Of a DNA stretch of 64,000 nt, positions 61,159-64,000 are shown in pieces. Numbering within the stretch: the first letter of the stretch is position 1; each line of letters opens with the position of its first letter. The stretch comes from Thermoanaerobaculia bacterium. GTDB taxonomy: Bacteria > Acidobacteriota > Thermoanaerobaculia > UBA5066. The notes under the pieces were generated by a model. The model saw nothing but the letters and a program-made list of their open reading frames with translations, searched no databases and was not told the DNA's origin. The translations under genes were made by a program, and so were the position numbers. The stretch is taken from NCBI GenBank assembly GCA_038245905.1, contig JBBRRY010000001.1, positions 96,001-160,000 of the forward strand, in the 5' to 3' direction.

Positions 61159-62208
61159 ATGAATGTCGATCGAATCATCGGCTCGGGCCTCGTGCCGGAC
61201 CTCCTCCTGCGCGCCGCCATCCGACGGCTGTGCGCCGGCCGGCTCGCCGAAGAGCATGTCGGCGACGCAGAAGCCCTACAGGAGCGGCACGCTGCGTTCG
61301 TCGCGGCGATGCGGCAGGGCCCGATCGGCCTCGAGACGCGGGCGGCGAACGACCAGCACTACGAAGTCTCGCCCGCGTTCTTCCGCCTCGCGCTCGGGAA
61401 GCGCCTCAAGTACTCCAGTGCGCTCTTTTCCCCCGGTGTAACCGGGCTGGACGCCGCCGAAGAGGCGATGCTCGATCTCACGTGCCGCCGAGCCCGCCTC
61501 GAAGACGGGCAGGACATCCTCGAGCTGGGTTGCGGCTGGGGCTCGCTGTCGCTGTTCATGGCAGAGCAGTTTCCGAACGCGCGAATCCTCGCGGTGTCGA
61601 ATTCCCGCGACCAGCGCGCCGCCATCGAAGAAGAAGCGCGCCGCCGCGGCGTCGCGAACCTCCGCGTCGTCACGGCCGACATGAACGTGTTCGACCCGGC
61701 GGCGGCATTCGACCGCGTCGTCTCGATCGAGATGTTCGAGCACATGCGCAACTGGGAAGCGCTCCTGGCCCGCGTCGCGACGTGGATGCGGCCCGAGGCG
61801 CGGCTCTTCCTCCACGTGTTCTCGCACCGCGAGGCCGCTTATCCGTTCGTCCCGGACGGCGGAGCCGACTGGATGGCCCGCAACTTCTTCACGGGCGGCC
61901 TCATGCCATCCGATCGCCTCGTCTTCTGCTTCGCGGATGACCTCACCGTGGAGGAGCACTGGCGCGTGAACGGCACGCATTACGCGCGGACGGCCGAGGC
62001 GTGGCTCGAGAACCTCGACGCGCGCCGGGCGGAGGCGCTCGCCGTCTTCGCGGCGGCGGAGGGGGCGCCGGCGGACGCGAAGGCGCGCGTCGAGGCGTGG
62101 CGCGTTTTCTTCATGGCCTGTGCCGAGCTGTTTGGGTTTCGCGGCGGCAACGAGTGGTTCGTGTCGCACTACCTCCTGAAACGACGCGAAGCGAGGCGAG
62201 CCACGTAA
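61159..62208 (+). CDS. Second Cfa-family SAM-dependent methyltransferase
   Basis: ANDQHYEV, LKYSS, LELGCGWGSL, SIEMFEHMRN, FFTGGLMPS and ACAELFG motifs. Confidence 0.88.
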   Translation: MNVDRIIGSGLVPDLLLRAAIRRLCAGRLAEEHVGDAEALQERHAAFVAAMRQGPIGLETRAANDQHYEVSPAFFRLALGKRLKYSSALFSPGVTGLDAAEEAMLDLTCRRARLEDGQDILELGCGWGSLSLFMAEQFPNARILAVSNSRDQRAAIEEEARRRGVANLRVVTADMNVFDPAAAFDRVVSIEMFEHMRNWEALLARVATWMRPEARLFLHVFSHREAAYPFVPDGGADWMARNFFTGGLMPSDRLVFCFADDLTVEEHWRVNGTHYARTAEAWLENLDARRAEALAVFAAAEGAPADAKARVEAWRVFFMACAELFGFRGGNEWFVSHYLLKRREARRAT

Positions 62209-62217
62209 CATCTCGCC

Positions 62218-63189
62218 ATGGTCCCCTATCTGCTGCGGCGGGCGGCCTCGGCCGTCCTCACGCTGCTCGGCGTCCTCGTTCTCGTCTTTGGCCTGGTGAC
62301 GGCCGCTCCCGGCGATGCGGCCGCCCTCGCGGCCCGGGCAGGCGGGAACCGCGCCGTCTCGGTCTCGCCTGAAGCGCTTGCGGCGTTCCGGCATCTCTAT
62401 GGACTCGACCGCCCCGTAGCCGAACGATTCGTCACGTGGACCTGGCGCGCGCTCCGCCTGGACTTCGGTCGATCCCTCGTGGACGGCCAGCCCGTGACGG
62501 CGCGGGTCGCCCGCGTCCTCCCCACGACGCTCGCCTTGAACTTCGCAGCTCTGTTTCTGGCCTGTCTCGTCGGCGTGCCCCTCGGGGTCGGGGCGGCCCG
62601 ACGGCCGGGCGGGCACCTGGACCGGATCTCGGGATTCGTCTGCGATGCGCTCTTTGCGACGCCGACGTTCGTCCTCGGCCTTCTCCTTCTTCTCGTCTTC
62701 TCCGGATGGCTGCGCGTCACGCCTTTCTTCGCCGACGCGGAAACCGGAATTCTGGGCTTCGTGCTGCCTGTCGTCACCCTGACGCTCGCGTCCCTCGCCC
62801 TCGTGGCTCGCTTCGTGAGAGTTTGCGTCGCGGCAGCCCTTGCCGATCCGGCGGCGCGCGCGGGGCGGGCCCGGGGGGAAGGGCCGACCGCGGAGATCCG
62901 GCGCGCCCTCCGCCGTTCGTCGGCTCCGTTCGCCGCAATGGGGGCGGCTCTCGTGCCGGCCGTCGTGTCCGGCTCGATCCTCGTGGAGCGCGTCTTCTCG
63001 CTTCCCGGAGCGGGCGGCCTGCTCGCGGAGGCGGTTTTCGCGCGCGATCTGCCCACCGTACTCGCCCTCACTCTCCTGTCGGCGGCCGTCGTCGTGACCG
63101 CATCGCTGGCGGCGGACCTCGTCACCGCCGCGCTCGATCCCCGCACCGCGCGCGCGGACGACGTCGTGGCGCGAGGAGCCGCCGGATGA
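62218..63189 (+). CDS. Peptide ABC transporter permease (OppB/DppB-like)
   Basis: YLLRR, APGD, YGLDRP, LDFGRS and GSILVERVFSLPGAG motifs. Confidence 0.85.
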   Translation: MVPYLLRRAASAVLTLLGVLVLVFGLVTAAPGDAAALAARAGGNRAVSVSPEALAAFRHLYGLDRPVAERFVTWTWRALRLDFGRSLVDGQPVTARVARVLPTTLALNFAALFLACLVGVPLGVGAARRPGGHLDRISGFVCDALFATPTFVLGLLLLLVFSGWLRVTPFFADAETGILGFVLPVVTLTLASLALVARFVRVCVAAALADPAARAGRARGEGPTAEIRRALRRSSAPFAAMGAALVPAVVSGSILVERVFSLPGAGGLLAEAVFARDLPTVLALTLLSAAVVVTASLAADLVTAALDPRTARADDVVARGAAG

Positions 63190-64000
63190 CCGGGGCCCCG
63201 AGCGCTCTCCGCCGCGCCGGCATCGCCTTCGCGTTGTTTCCATTGCTCGCGCTCCTTGCTCCGCTCATCGCGCGCGAGAAGCCGTGGGTCTCCGGCCGCA
63301 CGGGAGAGACGATTCTCAGCGCTCCGGTGCCCTTCGATCCGGACGGCGTGGATCTGGACCGGCGCCTCTCTCCTCCCGGCAGGCGGCATCTCCTCGGCAC
63401 GGACGAGCTTGGCCGCGACGTCCTCGCGCGCGTTCTCCACGGGGCACGGCTCTCCGTCGCGGCCGGCCTCCTGGCGTCCGCGCTCGCGCTCGGATTCGGA
63501 GCGGCGCTCGGGACGCTGGCGGGCTGGGCGGGTGGCCGCGTCGATCGAGCGATCCTGCTCGTTCTGCAAATCGTCCAGGCGCTTCCGGCCCTCGTCCTCG
63601 TCATCGCGGGCGCGGCGTTCCTACGGCCTTCGTTCCTGATCGCGGCGCTCCTCATCGCCCTGACCGGCTGGACGGACGCCGCCCGCCTCGTGCGTGCCGG
63701 CACGCAGCGCCTTCGAAGTGAAGCCTTCGTGGACGCGGCCCGTGCCTCGGGCGCTTCGGACGCGAGGCTCCTGTTCGTGCACGTGCTTCCGCACGCGCTT
63801 CCGCCTGCGATCGCGACGCTGCCGTACGTCCTCGGGTCGGCGGTGCTGACCGAGGCGGGGTTGTCGTTTCTCGGGCTGGGGGCGCCTCCGCCCGCCGCCT
63901 CCTGGGGGCGCGCGCTTGCAGAGGCGCGCAACCTCCTGCCGGGAGCCTGGTGGTGCGTCCTTCCTCCAGGCATCGCGCTTTTCCTCCTCGTCTTTTCGGC
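63186..64000 (+). CDS. Peptide ABC transporter permease (OppC/DppC-like), truncated by the window end
   Basis: Hand translation from ATG 63186: ...HLLGTDELGRDVLARVLHGARLS...FVDAARASGAS..RLLFVHVLPH...EAGLSFLGLG...WG. Confidence 0.88.
   Translation, partial: MTGAPSALRRAGIAFALFPLLALLAPLIAREKPWVSGRTGETILSAPVPFDPDGVDLDRRLSPPGRRHLLGTDELGRDVLARVLHGARLSVAAGLLASALALGFGAALGTLAGWAGGRVDRAILLVLQIVQALPALVLVIAGAAFLRPSFLIAALLIALTGWTDAARLVRAGTQRLRSEAFVDAARASGASDARLLFVHVLPHALPPAIATLPYVLGSAVLTEAGLSFLGLGAPPPAASWGRALAEARNLLPGAWWCVLPPGIALFLLVFS

Overview
Chromosomal window of a very GC-rich bacterium. Gene content and style (Tol-Pal, LptE, SpoIVB-S55 plus beta-propeller pair, DUF4388 protein, M14 peptidase) suggest Acidobacteriota; this is inference only. 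It is densely coding, with about 57 CDS and no rRNA, tRNA, CRISPR, integrase or transposase that I could see. In order: a branched-chain amino-acid ABC operon (livK-H-M-G), proC, a CBS-ACT protein, a GGDEF-EAL protein, ubiE/menG, several hydrolases, DUF2891, TauE, osmC, a ligase-less LigD, TetR plus hydrolase, an M14 peptidase, a helical DUF4388 protein, acs with a porin and MFS, nhaA, bactofilin, ALDH, an aminotransferase, ileS-lspA-lgt-rluD, Gfo-mtnP-pfkB-ribH-nusB-TGase-leuS-lptE, rpsT, tolQRAB-pal-cpoB, SpoIVB plus propeller, and an opp-type ABC operon split by a Cfa/DUF1365/FAD-oxidoreductase lipid-modification cassette. The most striking signal not explained by these genes is a dispersed AT/purine-rich motif, approximately [purine tract]-GAAGATT-N4-7 (mostly pyrimidine)-GAA(G/A/T)G-[purine tract]. 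It occurs about 20 times (counted by eye), mostly inside coding sequences including leuS and ileS. It is read in different frames and on both strands, uses codons otherwise rare here, and is mirror-symmetric in its best copies (GAAGATT..TTAGAAG). It repeatedly occurs as convergent pairs about 95-235 bp apart. A second pattern is many TANNNT -10 boxes 5-11 nt upstream of starts that lack a Shine-Dalgarno sequence, several overlapping the upstream stop codon. All calls were made by eye without database searches; start codons are best estimates.
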